Below are positions 9,685-22,039 of a stretch of DNA of 64,000 nucleotides, piece after piece (positions within the stretch are counted from its first letter, which is position 1; each line of letters opens with the position of its first letter). The notes under the pieces were generated by a model that was not told the DNA's origin, did not search any database, and worked only from the letters and a program-made list of their open reading frames with translations. The stretch lies in contig CBDFJQ010000002.1 of assembly GCA_965248575.1 (NCBI GenBank), positions 5,223,174 to 5,287,173 of the forward strand. Direction: 5' to 3'. Origin of the DNA: Planctomycetota bacterium. GTDB lineage: Bacteria; Planctomycetota; B15-G4. Made by a program: the position numbers and the translations under genes.

Positions 9685-10566
9685 TCAGAGAGGCTTTTGG
9701 GGGTGTGCCGAAAAGGCCGCCAGCTTAGCACCCAGGGCGTGGTTGTCGAGCAGGCGCGTAGGCCCCACGGGAGCGGCGACGACCAGCACATCCCCGGCCT
9801 CCGCAGTGCTTGGGTGGGAGAAGTCGAGGGGCCGCACGAGGGCGGCGTAGTCGGGGGGGCGCTGGAGGCCCTGAAGCAGGATCTCGCGCAGGGCCGCCTC
9901 CAGCACGCAGGTGGACCGTTCGCCGGCCTCGAACAGGGTGTTGGCCGCTGCGAGGCTCGCCACGAGGTTGAGCCCCTCCCGCCGCTCGGCTTCCGAGAGA
10001 TAGGCGTTTCGGCTGGAGAGGGCCAGCCCGTCCGCGTCCCGCAGCGTGGGGCAGACCACCACCTCGACGGGCATGTCCAGGTCGCGCACCATGCGCTGGA
10101 TTGCCACGGACTGCTGGAAGTCCTTGTGCCCGAAGTAGGCCCGTTGCGGCCCCACGAGCTGAAACAGCTTGCACACCACTGTCAGCACCCCGTCGAAATG
10201 GTCGGGCCGGGCGGCGCCTTCCAGGGTGCAGCTGAGGTCTCCCTGGGAGAGCCGCGTGATGTGCCCCGGTGGGTACATCTCGTCCGTCGAGAGGAACAGT
10301 ACGAGGTTGGCGCCCGCCTGCCTGAGCAGTGCGGCATCGCCCGCCTCATCCCGCGGGTAATTGTCGAGATCCTCGTGCGCCCCGAACTGCAGCGGGTTCA
10401 CGAAGACGGTCACCACGACCCCTTGGTTCTCACGGGCCGCGCGCTCCACCAGCGAGATGTGGCCGGCGTGTAGGGCGCCCATGGTGGGGACCAGGCCGAT
10501 CTCACCGCCCGCGCGCAAACTCGTGCAGGCTCGACGGGAGTCTTCGAGTGCGTGGAGGATCTCCAT
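9685..10566 (-). CDS. panC: Pantoate--beta-alanine ligase
   Basis: VPTMGALHAGH, FVNPLQF, EDL..YPR, LEG..RP.HF.GV, FG.KD.QQ, DGLALSSRN, RLLDN. ATG at 10566. Confidence 0.95.
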   Translation of the reverse strand: MEILHALEDSRRACTSLRAGGEIGLVPTMGALHAGHISLVERAARENQGVVVTVFVNPLQFGAHEDLDNYPRDEAGDAALLRQAGANLVLFLSTDEMYPPGHITRLSQGDLSCTLEGAARPDHFDGVLTVVCKLFQLVGPQRAYFGHKDFQQSVAIQRMVRDLDMPVEVVVCPTLRDADGLALSSRNAYLSEAERREGLNLVASLAAANTLFEAGERSTCVLEAALREILLQGLQRPPDYAALVRPLDFSHPSTAEAGDVLVVAAPVGPTRLLDNHALGAKLAAFSAHPQKPL

Positions 10567-10577
10567 GGGCGGGGCGC

Positions 10578-11063
10578 TCAGGTGTCGCTTGCAGCTCGGG
10601 TGTGGGACAGGCTGTCCCTGAGTTCCGCCATGCTGAGGCCGAGCACGGGGTGTCGCATCTGGGGCGCGATGTCGGCGCAGGGTTCCAGCACGAAGGGGCG
10701 CTCGTGGCAGCGCGGGTGCGGTAGCTCGAGTTCGGCCGTGGCAGAGACCGTTTCGCCAAACAGCACCAGGTCGAGATCCAGGGTCCGTGGGCCGTTGCGC
10801 ACGAGGCGTTCTCGCCCCGCGTCCGCTTCGATGTGTTGAAGCAGGTGCAGCAACTCCAGCGCGCTCAAGTCTGTGCGCAGCAGGCAGGCCGCGTTGATGA
10901 AGGGGCCGCTCTGCGGGGGAGTCTCGACGGCCTGGGTCTCCCTGAAGGCCGACGTGGCGACGAGCTGAACGCCTTCCAGCGTGGCGAGGGAGCGCACGGC
11001 GCTCCGCAGCGTGGCGCGTCGGGGGGAGATGTTGGACCCCATGGCCACCAAGGCAGCGGTCAC
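10578..11063 (-). CDS. folK: 2-amino-4-hydroxy-6-hydroxymethyldihydropteridine diphosphokinase
   Basis: AMGSN, FINAA, IE...GR.R, GPRTLDLDLV, LPHPR..ER.FVL.P. Confidence 0.95.
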   Translation of the reverse strand: MTAALVAMGSNISPRRATLRSAVRSLATLEGVQLVATSAFRETQAVETPPQSGPFINAACLLRTDLSALELLHLLQHIEADAGRERLVRNGPRTLDLDLVLFGETVSATAELELPHPRCHERPFVLEPCADIAPQMRHPVLGLSMAELRDSLSHTRAASDT

Positions 11064-11974
11064 GTCGGCGTGTCCTGTCTGGGCTCAACCTCGTCACCCT
11101 CCTCTTCATCATCTCCGTCCACGGCCCATGGCTCCGGCAGCTGCTCCTGGACGGGCAAGCCGGTCATGCGGGCGCGCAGGGCGATCACCATCCCACCCAA
11201 GACGTAGGCGATGGAGACGACGAAGAGGGACCAATCGTGGAACAACAGGATGATGGCCACGATGAGCACCAGCTTCACGAAGGTGGAGCGGCGCGTGCGG
11301 TGTCCGACGTAGCGCTGCACCAGGTGCACATACGGCAAGTTGGAGACCATCAACAGACCGAGGACGCATGCCAAGAAGGGCAGGCCGCGCATGAAGAAGA
11401 TGGCCAGCGCGTCGGCCGGGGCCGAGTCGAGACCGATGTCATTGCGGCCCGAGAAGATGAACAAGCAGGTGGTGACGATCATGCCCGCAGCGGCGGGAGA
11501 CGGCAGCCCCTGGAAGATGTGGTGGCTCTCCTCGTCGGTGTCGGTGTTGGCCGAGAAGCGAGCCAGACGCAAGGCCGCACACATGAGGTAGAGCGCCGTC
11601 AGGGCCGTCACGACCTTGGGCACGAAGGGCTGATCCAAGCCCACCTTGCCGTGTTCATAGACGGCCTTGGCGATCAGCGCCGGGGCAGCACCAAAGGTGA
11701 CGACGTCCGAGAGGGAGTCGAGCAGGGCACCCACGGCGGAGGCCTGGCCGGTGAGGCGCGCGACGCGCCCATCAAGGGCGTCGAAGATCATGCCGAACAA
11801 GATGAACCAGCTGGCCTCGACGATCTTCTCGGCGAAGACGGGGTCCAGCGGATCGCTTCCTCCGCTGCCGGTCGTGGCATCGACGACCTTGGCCATGGCG
11901 ACGAAGCCGCACACCAGGTTGCCCAAGGTGAGGGCTGAGGGAAGGACGGGGATGATGGACATGCGCGTCCTCAT
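11060..11974 (-). CDS. pssA: CDP-diacylglycerol--serine O-phosphatidyltransferase (CDP-alcohol phosphatidyltransferase)
   Basis: PSALTLGN, FDALDGRVAR....S..G..LDSLSD.VTFG.AP, LRLARF, FQGLPSPAAA. Lies directly downstream of psd. Confidence 0.92.
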   Translation of the reverse strand: MRTRMSIIPVLPSALTLGNLVCGFVAMAKVVDATTGSGGSDPLDPVFAEKIVEASWFILFGMIFDALDGRVARLTGQASAVGALLDSLSDVVTFGAAPALIAKAVYEHGKVGLDQPFVPKVVTALTALYLMCAALRLARFSANTDTDEESHHIFQGLPSPAAAGMIVTTCLFIFSGRNDIGLDSAPADALAIFFMRGLPFLACVLGLLMVSNLPYVHLVQRYVGHRTRRSTFVKLVLIVAIILLFHDWSLFVVSIAYVLGGMVIALRARMTGLPVQEQLPEPWAVDGDDEEEGDEVEPRQDTPT

Positions 11975-11975
11975 G

Positions 11976-12644
11976 TCAGTCGGCTCCCGACGCAGCTCGC
12001 ATGTTGGCCAGCAGGGTTTCGCCGCCCTTGACGGTGTCACCCACCTTGACGAGCACCTGCTCGAGTTCCTGCGTGGGCACGATGAGCTCGGTGCGTGACC
12101 CGAAGCGGATCATGCCGTAGCGCTCGCCTCGGCAGTAGCTGTCACCCACTTGCACGGGGCAGATGATCCGGCGCGCGATCAGGCCGGTGATCTGCCGGAC
12201 GCCCACGGAGCGGCCGTCGGGCCGTTCGAGCACGAGGGTCGCCGCTCGGTTCTCCTCGATGGCGCGCTTGTCCCGGGCATCGTAGAAGCCGCCGTCGCGC
12301 GTGCTCATGGCGGTCACCTGGCCGGCACATGGCACGCGATTCACGTGCACGTTGAAGACCGAAAGGAAGATGCCGATGCGCGTGCAGCCGGGGCCTACAT
12401 CCGGGTCGTCCAGCTCGACGATGTCGGCCACGAGTCCGTCGGCCGGGGACACGAGCTGATCCTCCCCCCCGGTCGCCTGTCGCTCTGGGTCACGGAAGAA
12501 GGAGAGGATGAACAGCAGGAGCGGCAAGGGGACGAGCCACCAAGCCCCTGATGTCGCAGCCCCTAGCCACCAGGACAGCGCGGCGAGAGGCAAGCTGAAC
12601 AGCAGGAGAGTGCCTGTGGCGTAGGTTGTGAACGGCCATTTCAT
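11976..12644 (-). CDS. psd: Phosphatidylserine decarboxylase proenzyme
   Basis: FFRDPER, VSPADG, IFLSVFNVHVNR.P, QITGLIARRI, GMIRFGSR (self-cleavage FGS). ATG at 12644. Confidence 0.93.
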   Translation of the reverse strand: MKWPFTTYATGTLLLFSLPLAALSWWLGAATSGAWWLVPLPLLLFILSFFRDPERQATGGEDQLVSPADGLVADIVELDDPDVGPGCTRIGIFLSVFNVHVNRVPCAGQVTAMSTRDGGFYDARDKRAIEENRAATLVLERPDGRSVGVRQITGLIARRIICPVQVGDSYCRGERYGMIRFGSRTELIVPTQELEQVLVKVGDTVKGGETLLANMRAASGAD

Positions 12645-12780
12645 GGCCGAACACGGTACCCCCTGGGGGATCGGGGGCGGAAGGGGCCCCTCAGCGGCCT
12701 CCTTTTGGAAAGACGCACAAGTTCTGAGGCCAAATGGGCGAAAGGCGCAGGCAAGAGCTCTGCTTCCTAGGAGGAAACCC

Positions 12781-13527
12781 ATGCGTTTCATGATTGCCAG
12801 TCTGTCGCTGCTTGCCCTTGCAGCCTGTTCCACGCCGCCCCAGTCCATGAAGGTGAACGACTTCGCCGACCGTGAAGGCCGGGTCCTGCAAGGCGAGATT
12901 TCCTACATGGATGTGGGCGGAGACTCCGTCCGCCACGGGGCCATGCGCTCCTGGTATCCCAGCGGCCAACTGAAGGCCATCGTCAACTACGACACCGACA
13001 CCCCCGACGGGCGCTGGCTGCAGTGGCACAAGAACGGCGAGCTGGCAGCTGAAGGCATCTACGCCGACGGTGTGCGCGACGAATCCTGGACCGAGTGGCA
13101 CGCCACCGGCGAGAAGAAGGCCGAATGCAACTACCTCAACGGCCGCCTGCACGGCGCCTTTGCCCTGTGGAGCCCGTCGGGCCAGCAGATGCTGATGGCC
13201 GACTACAAGCGCGATCGCCCCGAGGGTTGGTGGATCGCTTGGTGGGCCAACGGTTCCAAGCGCCTCGATGGCCGCTTCCTGCACGGGAAGCCCCACGGTC
13301 GCTGGACGTCCTACCACGCCAACGGTGAGAAGGCTGGCGAAGGCAGCTACAAGAACGGCATGCGCAGCGGCCTGTGGGTCCTCTGGGAGAGCGACGGCTC
13401 CATCCTGGCCAAGGGCCGTTTCCGCGACGACCGCCCCATGGGATTCATGGAAGTGGCCAAGTCAGTGGATGACAGCCGGAGCCCTGACGACCTGTTCCGC
13501 TTCAACTTTCAGATCCAGGATCGCTAA
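12781..13527 (+). CDS. MORN-variant repeat (YwqK-like) lipoprotein
   Basis: GAGGA RBS before ATG 12781 and lipobox LAAC. About seven 24-aa repeats of the form G.W..W..NG.K..EG.Y..G. Confidence 0.8.
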   Translation: MRFMIASLSLLALAACSTPPQSMKVNDFADREGRVLQGEISYMDVGGDSVRHGAMRSWYPSGQLKAIVNYDTDTPDGRWLQWHKNGELAAEGIYADGVRDESWTEWHATGEKKAECNYLNGRLHGAFALWSPSGQQMLMADYKRDRPEGWWIAWWANGSKRLDGRFLHGKPHGRWTSYHANGEKAGEGSYKNGMRSGLWVLWESDGSILAKGRFRDDRPMGFMEVAKSVDDSRSPDDLFRFNFQIQDR

Positions 13528-13551
13528 GCCCAGACCAGCGAGTTCCTGAAC

Positions 13552-13611
13552 GCATCCGGCCTCGGCTGGATGCACCCCGAGGGCGGGCGACCATGGGTCG
13601 GCCGCCCTCGG
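13552..13611 (+). terminator. Tandem GC-rich hairpins downstream of the MORN gene (possible terminator/processing site)
   Basis: GCATCCGGC-CTCG-GCTGGATGC (13552-13573) and CCGAGGGCGG.CGACC-ATG-GGTCG.CCGCCCTCGG (13577-13611). No clear U-tract. Confidence 0.45.
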
Positions 13612-13828
13612 ATCAATTCAGGGCCCTGCAGCCGGGTGGAGATAGCGGGGGCTGCGGGAGTTGCTCTGCCGTGTTCTGCGCTCGCCGTGAGGGGGGGCTC
13701 GTGACTAGGATGGCGGCCCTTCGTCGCCGGGACAGCGAGTCTCGGGGCGGCCACCCTTCTGCTTGCGCGCAGCGGGCCCATCCAGGGCTCACCCGGGCTC
13801 AGTCGAACCCGGCCCGCGCATCTGTTGA

Positions 13829-15103
<1,275 letters not shown>

Positions 15104-15163
15104 TTCGTATGTCTTTTGAAAAACCCCTCCCGGCGAGGGACCTCGGTGACTAATGTCGCTCGG

Positions 15164-15523
15164 ATGCACCAGCTTGCAGAGATCCTCCGTCGGCACGGTC
15201 TGACGCTGCTTCTGACCTCCGCCATGGTGGTGCTCTATCTACGCGAGACGATGCCTGCGGTGCATGAGCACAACGCATTGCGGGCTCGGCGGGTGCAGGC
15301 CGAGGCCGAGTTGGCGCTGCGCAAGCAAGCGCTCTCGGAAGCCCTGCTCTGGCTTCGTGGCGCGACTGAGGATCCCTTCGTTCAGGCGCGCTTCCGCGAT
15401 GCCTTCAACCATTCTCCCGACCTGAACGGGCCGCGCGTCATGACCGCCGTGCCCTCGCCGGTATCGGCAGGGGCGGGGACCGCGGGCTCAGGGCCCGAAG
15501 GGGATGCGGCGCAGGAGCGTTGA
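15164..15523 (+). CDS. Small single-TM coiled-coil protein, FtsB/DivIC (septum formation initiator)-like
   Basis: Short cytoplasmic N-terminus, one TM helix, ~35-aa heptad coiled coil ending in EDP, directly downstream of eno (the classic ftsB position). Confidence 0.5.
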   Translation: MHQLAEILRRHGLTLLLTSAMVVLYLRETMPAVHEHNALRARRVQAEAELALRKQALSEALLWLRGATEDPFVQARFRDAFNHSPDLNGPRVMTAVPSPVSAGAGTAGSGPEGDAAQER

Positions 15524-15553
15524 CGAGCAGCCGCAGCGTGGCAGGCTCATGAG

Positions 15554-17497
15554 ATGAGCGAGCGGTTTTTCGTCTGCGGTGTCGGTGGGTGGCTGCTCCT
15601 GTTGGCCTGCGTCTGTGACGGGCAGTTTGTGGCGCCAGAGGGGGCGGACTACCACAATGGGTCCACCTTGCCCTTGGCGGCAGACGAGGTGTCACGCTCG
15701 TTGCTGCAGCGGCTGGAGAATGCGCTGGCGACGGCCTCCGGGGACGAGGTGGCGAACGTTGTGGCCAGCATGCGCGCACGTGCGCGCCTCGTGGGACGGC
15801 CTGACGCCGACTTGGTGCCCTTGGGTGCTCGGACTCACGTGCCGGTGCTCGAGAAGGCCTTGCGCCTCGTGAACCAACGCGCACCCGAAGCTGTGCGCCT
15901 GCGCATCGAGCAGGAAACGCTGGACCTCATCGCCGAGGCGGTGCGCTTTCGGGACCTGGCGGCCCTGCTCGCCCTCGCCACCCGCAACCGCGCGTTGGAG
16001 GCATCACGCACCGCGGCCATGGCCGCCGCACGTCTGCTGTTCGAGCAGGGGCGCTGGTGGGAGTGCATGAGCTTGGCCAGGCGAGCCGGGGATGCGCCCG
16101 GCGCGGCGCAGCTCGTGTTGTCGGCCCAGGCCCGCGTTCCGCAGCCGGAGGACAAGCGGCACGAGGGCCCGTGGCAGCGCCGCTTCACTTTCTCCCGCCC
16201 CGATGACCTGGAGGCGGAGGCCATACCCTTCTTCTCGGATGGCCGGCCGGGCGAGGTGCTGGTCCAGGATGTGCTGGGGCTCCATGGCCTGAACCTGCGG
16301 GAGACGGGGGACGAACTCAGCCAGACCTTCGAGTCCTTTTTTTGGGGTGAACACGTGCCCGGCCTGGTGGGCGCCCGGCGCAGCTTGCCCGCCCCGCGCC
16401 AGCAGATGCACGCCACCCAGGGCGACCGGGTGGTGACCTCGTTCAACCTGCCCAATGATCGCCGCGACTGGACCCGCCGCAGCCCGCCCACCGACCGCCG
16501 GGCGCGCCTGGTGGCCATCGACCTCGGGCAGGGCAGCTCAAGCCTGGCCTGGGATGCCGAAGGGCCCGACGTCCCGGAGAGCACGGCCTTCGGGCCGGTG
16601 CATGTGGTGGGCGACCGGGTCTTCGTCCAGCTGTTCCGAGTCGGCTTGGAAACGGAGGTCTCCCTGATGGCCTTCCGCTTGTCGGACGGCGCCTTGCTGT
16701 TCGAGACTCCGCTGGTGCGTGGCGCCTCCATCCCTCGCTTTGCCTCCCGCCAAGCCAAGCTGGACGAGGACGAGCTGGACAAGCGGGCGCGGGAAGGAAC
16801 GGTCGCCGAGCGCTCTGGGGTGGTCTACGCGTGCACGGGCTTCGGCGTCGTGGCGGCGGTGGATGGCGTGACGGGCTTGCTGCAGCACACCTTTCGATAC
16901 GACCGGCTGTTCTCCCTGGACCGCTCGGTCTACGACCGCTCCTTCCTGTTCGACACCGGGGGTTGGAATCACGAGCCCGTGCGCCTGGCTCGTGAGCGGG
17001 TGGTGGTGGCGCCCTCGGATTCGCGCTTCCTGTATTTCCTCGCCCTGGAGCCCGGCCCCGAGGGGCAGCTGATGCTCGAGGACCCCATTGAGCGCCTGGA
17101 CCGAGGCGATGTCGTGGCCCTCCTTCCAAGAGAGCCTGGAGGGACGGCAGATGTTCTTGTGACGCGTCTGAGGGACAACCGCAGTTCGTTGGTGCGCCTC
17201 TCAGCCAACGGCAGCACCCTCGCCGCCAGCCCGCCCTTGCCCGTGGGTGAGCTCCAGAGCGGTCGACCGATCCAGCTCGGGGGGCAGGTGCTGATGCCCA
17301 CCACGGCCGGGCTGCGGGTCTTCCGGCCGGAGGAACTCGAGGCCCCACCGACCCTGCTTCCGCAGGTCGAGGGCCTTCCGCCGGTGCGTTCGCTGCACGC
17401 CACGGCTGCCGGGCTGATCGGCGTGGCCCCAGACCCCAGCCTGGGCCGCCTGGACATCCCTCTGGTCCAGATCGTCTATTGGCAAGGGCTGCCCTAG
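15554..17497 (+). CDS. Exported TPR-like + PQQ-like beta-propeller protein
   Basis: Hydrophobic N-terminus with LLLAC. Helical ARLLFEQGRW segment and propeller blades (LVAIDLG..LAW, AFRLSDGALLFET, GVVAAVDGVTG, VAPSDS). Confidence 0.65.
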   Translation: MSERFFVCGVGGWLLLLACVCDGQFVAPEGADYHNGSTLPLAADEVSRSLLQRLENALATASGDEVANVVASMRARARLVGRPDADLVPLGARTHVPVLEKALRLVNQRAPEAVRLRIEQETLDLIAEAVRFRDLAALLALATRNRALEASRTAAMAAARLLFEQGRWWECMSLARRAGDAPGAAQLVLSAQARVPQPEDKRHEGPWQRRFTFSRPDDLEAEAIPFFSDGRPGEVLVQDVLGLHGLNLRETGDELSQTFESFFWGEHVPGLVGARRSLPAPRQQMHATQGDRVVTSFNLPNDRRDWTRRSPPTDRRARLVAIDLGQGSSSLAWDAEGPDVPESTAFGPVHVVGDRVFVQLFRVGLETEVSLMAFRLSDGALLFETPLVRGASIPRFASRQAKLDEDELDKRAREGTVAERSGVVYACTGFGVVAAVDGVTGLLQHTFRYDRLFSLDRSVYDRSFLFDTGGWNHEPVRLARERVVVAPSDSRFLYFLALEPGPEGQLMLEDPIERLDRGDVVALLPREPGGTADVLVTRLRDNRSSLVRLSANGSTLAASPPLPVGELQSGRPIQLGGQVLMPTTAGLRVFRPEELEAPPTLLPQVEGLPPVRSLHATAAGLIGVAPDPSLGRLDIPLVQIVYWQGLP

Positions 17498-17761
17498 TCG
17501 CTGGATGCTCGCTGCTTGGGGTGACCCCAAGACGGCGGTTCTCACCCACACCTGGGCCGCGGGTCACGTCTCAGGGGCGCCGAATGTCGGAACCATGACT
17601 GGTCAAGGCGTTCTGATCCCGGCCAGCGACTGCGCGGTTAACCTCTACGGTCACGCAGGTGGTCGGAGAGCGAGCAATCGCATCCCATAGGACCGCCACC
17701 TATATTCATGCCTCCGGCCGTTGCCTCCCGGCCCGAAGCCAACCCCGAGAGTCCTTCCAGC

Positions 17762-18814
<1,053 letters not shown>

Positions 18815-19738
18815 GGCCGCGGGTGCCGGAGGTCTACGGAGAGCACGACGCAAGCTCGACCCGAAGGTCGCCGACCGCCTGAGCCGTCTCAACCTGGCTG
18901 TAAACCGTGCCGTCGAGGGCTTTCTCGGCGGGCGGCATCGCAGTCCGCACACCGGTGTTTCGGTGGAGTTCGTGGAGCGTCGGCCCTACGTGCAGGGCGA
19001 CGATTTGCGGCATTTGGATTGGCGTGCCTTCGCTCGCAGCGATCGCCTGAGCATCAAGCGCTACGAGGAGGAAACGAACCTCGAGTGCACCTTGGTGGTC
19101 GACGTGAGCGCCTCGATGGCCTATCCCGCCGATGGCGAGCTGAGCAAGTATGACTACGCCTGCCAGGCAGCCATGGCCTTGGCTCATGTGGTGTTGCGCG
19201 AGCGGGATGGCGCGGCCTTGGCGCTCTTCGACCACACCCTCAACCGCATGCTGCCTGCTGCGACCTCGCCCGGCTACCTGTCGGTGATGGGGGAGGCGCT
19301 GGTGGAGCGAGACCCCGCCGAGCAAACAGACCTGGCCAGCGTGCTGGGGCAACTGACGGAACGCGTGCCCCGGCGCGGCATCGTCGTCCTGCTCTCGGAT
19401 CTCTTCGGTGATGTGTCCGCACTGGATCAAGGGCTGGGTTTCCTGCGGACGCGCAACCACGATGTGATCGTGCTGCACGTCATGCACCACGACGAACTGG
19501 TGTTTCCGTTCGACCGCCTCACCCGCTTCGAAGGCATGGAGGACGACGCGCGGCTGCTGGTGGACGCGCCGGCAATTCGCGAAAGCTACATGGAGGTGGT
19601 GAACGAGTGGCGCAATGACGTGCGCCTCGTGTGCCACAGGCGAGGCGCTGACTACGCCTTGCTCGACAGCTCCCGGCCTCTTGAACTGGTACTGTCGGCC
19701 TACCTGGGCACCCGGCTGGGCCGGTTGGGGAGGTCCCG

Positions 19739-22039
19739 TTGAATTTCGGTTGGGGTGCGCCCGTCATGTTGTGGGGGGCGGCGGCGATCTCCGTGCCGAT
19801 CCTCATCCATCTGCTGAACCGGCGGCGCTATGTGGTGCGCCCCTTCGCAGCCATGATGTTCCTGGAGCAGGCTTTCGCCCGGCGCCGCAAGCGTCTGCGC
19901 ATGGAGAATCTGCTGCTGCTGTTGCTGCGCTGCCTCGTGGTGCTGCTGGCCGCGCTCGCCATGGCCCTGCCCTTCGTGCCGCCGGACAGCCTGCTGTCCC
20001 TGGTCACCGGAGGTCGGCGCGATCTCGTCCTGATTCTCGATCGCTCCGGAAGCATGGGGCGCCTGGTGGGGCCTGAGACCACGCTGGACGACCGCGTGCT
20101 GGAGCGTGTGCGCACCCAAGTTGCGCAGATGGCCAACGATCGGGGCGACACCGTCACCTTGATCACGCCCGGCGGCGGGGTGTTTCTTCCCGCCCCGATC
20201 GGTGCCTCACCCGGTGCCGTGCTTGAGATCCTCGATGCCGGGCTCAGCGAGCCTCATGGCGTGGCCGACATGGTCGCGGCCGTGCGTCTCGTGAAGGAAC
20301 GCGTGCGTTCGTTGGTGCGAGGCCGCCTGGACATCGAGGTGTACACCGACCTCCAGGAAGCCGGTTGGTCCCAATCCTTGGGGCCCCTGTTCTCCGAAGT
20401 CCTGGATGACGGCGGGGGTTCGTTGCGCATCGTGGACGTGGTGGGGGAGGTGGCATCGCTCGACAACGTCGGGGTGGAGTCGCTGGCCGCCTATGAGCCG
20501 CTGCTCGTGCAAGGGGATGTGGTCAGCTTCAACGGGATGCTGCGCAATCATGGCGACGTCGCGGTGCGAGGTCTCACCGCGAGCTTCGAGTTGACGTCGC
20601 CGGGTTCGGATGACCCGGTGCTGCGCAAGTTTCCGGAGATCGAGATTCCTCCACGCGGCGAGGCGGAGGTCAGCGTCCGCTTGCGCCTGGATTCGTCCGG
20701 GCCGCACCACCTTGAGCTCCGCCTGGAGGGTGATGACCTCCCGTTCGACGATGCCCGCAGCCTGGCATTCGAAGTGCGTGAGGGCGTGGACATCTTGCTG
20801 GTGGACGGTCAAGCAGGAGGGAATCCGCTGGATGGCGCCACGGCCTTCCTGGACCTGGCGCTGGACCCCAGCGCCGACGGCGATGACCTGGGGCTCACGC
20901 GCTACCGGACGAACACCCTCGATCTGCGCGGCTTCGAGGAAGCCGGTCGTGAGCTCTACAACTACGACGCCCTGGTCCTGGCCAACGTGGACGTGGTCAG
21001 CGAGCGCACGGCGACGCTCCTGGAAGAGGTGGTTCGCTCCGGCACCCCCTTGATGGTGTTTTGCGGTGACCGGGTGGACGCGAGTCTGGCAGAGGAGCGC
21101 CTGGGCGCCTTGCTGCCCATGCGCATCGGGCCGCTGCGCGGAGACCCGGACGGGAGCGGCCGCGAGGACTACGTCACGCTCGTGCTGGATGACCCTCCTG
21201 CGCCAGAGTTGTCGCTCTTCGCTGACCCCCGGCTGGCCGTCCTGCTGCAGGTCCCCGTGCTGGCGTGGAACGAACTGCTCCCCAGGGAACGAGCCGAAGA
21301 GCTGGACTCCGACGCAACGCCCAACGAGAACGAAGACGAAGGCGAGGATCAGGACTTGTTGGGGGGCGATACGGAGGCCGAGATCCTGGCCTGGTTCGCA
21401 GATGCGCAGGGCAAGACCGTGCCCGCCATCGTGCAGGCCGAGCGCGGCCTGGGACGGGTCGTGCTTGTGGCCACCAGTGCCGACGATTCCTGGTCGCTGC
21501 TCCCGAGGCAGCCCGCCACCTGGCTGCCGCTCGTTCATGAATTGATGAGTGCCCTGACCCACCGTGACCCGGCCCAACGAAACCTCCCTGTGGGACAGGC
21601 ACCCAGCTTGGTGCTGGAGGGCCAACCGGAGTCAGCGCGGCTGCGTTCGCCCAGTGGAGCCGTGGAGGACATCGGCCGGCCTGAAGCGCGGAGTTTCGGT
21701 CGGCGCAGCGTGTTGTCCCTGGAGTCCACACCTCTGCGCGAGGCCGGTGCTTGGGCGCTCGAAGTGGAGTTCGCGGACCCGACCCAGCCAAGCCGGACCT
21801 TTGCCCTCGCGTCCTTGCCTGATTCGGCGGAGGGTGACCTGCGGCGCATCGATGGGGCCTCCCTCGACAGGGCCCTGGCCGGCGTTGACTACGTGCTTGG
21901 CGAGCAGGCCGACGAGACGGGTGACTCCGACGAGGCGGGGGGCGGTGATGGCAGCTTGTTCCGGAGCCTGCTCTGGGCACTGCTGGTGTTTGCAGCAGCA
22001 GAGGCCGCCTTGAGCCGCCTGATGGGGGGCTCGCGATGA
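19739..22039 (+). CDS. BatA-domain / VWA / Ig-like / GATase-like membrane protein
   Basis: BatA N-terminus PILIHLLNRRR and LLLLLR..., VWA LDRSGSM...YTD, Ig-like region ending DDLPFDD, ILLVDG, YDALVLANV, GLGRVVLV, C-terminal TM. TTG start overlaps the DUF58 stop. Confidence 0.85.
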   Translation: MNFGWGAPVMLWGAAAISVPILIHLLNRRRYVVRPFAAMMFLEQAFARRRKRLRMENLLLLLLRCLVVLLAALAMALPFVPPDSLLSLVTGGRRDLVLILDRSGSMGRLVGPETTLDDRVLERVRTQVAQMANDRGDTVTLITPGGGVFLPAPIGASPGAVLEILDAGLSEPHGVADMVAAVRLVKERVRSLVRGRLDIEVYTDLQEAGWSQSLGPLFSEVLDDGGGSLRIVDVVGEVASLDNVGVESLAAYEPLLVQGDVVSFNGMLRNHGDVAVRGLTASFELTSPGSDDPVLRKFPEIEIPPRGEAEVSVRLRLDSSGPHHLELRLEGDDLPFDDARSLAFEVREGVDILLVDGQAGGNPLDGATAFLDLALDPSADGDDLGLTRYRTNTLDLRGFEEAGRELYNYDALVLANVDVVSERTATLLEEVVRSGTPLMVFCGDRVDASLAEERLGALLPMRIGPLRGDPDGSGREDYVTLVLDDPPAPELSLFADPRLAVLLQVPVLAWNELLPRERAEELDSDATPNENEDEGEDQDLLGGDTEAEILAWFADAQGKTVPAIVQAERGLGRVVLVATSADDSWSLLPRQPATWLPLVHELMSALTHRDPAQRNLPVGQAPSLVLEGQPESARLRSPSGAVEDIGRPEARSFGRRSVLSLESTPLREAGAWALEVEFADPTQPSRTFALASLPDSAEGDLRRIDGASLDRALAGVDYVLGEQADETGDSDEAGGGDGSLFRSLLWALLVFAAAEAALSRLMGGSR

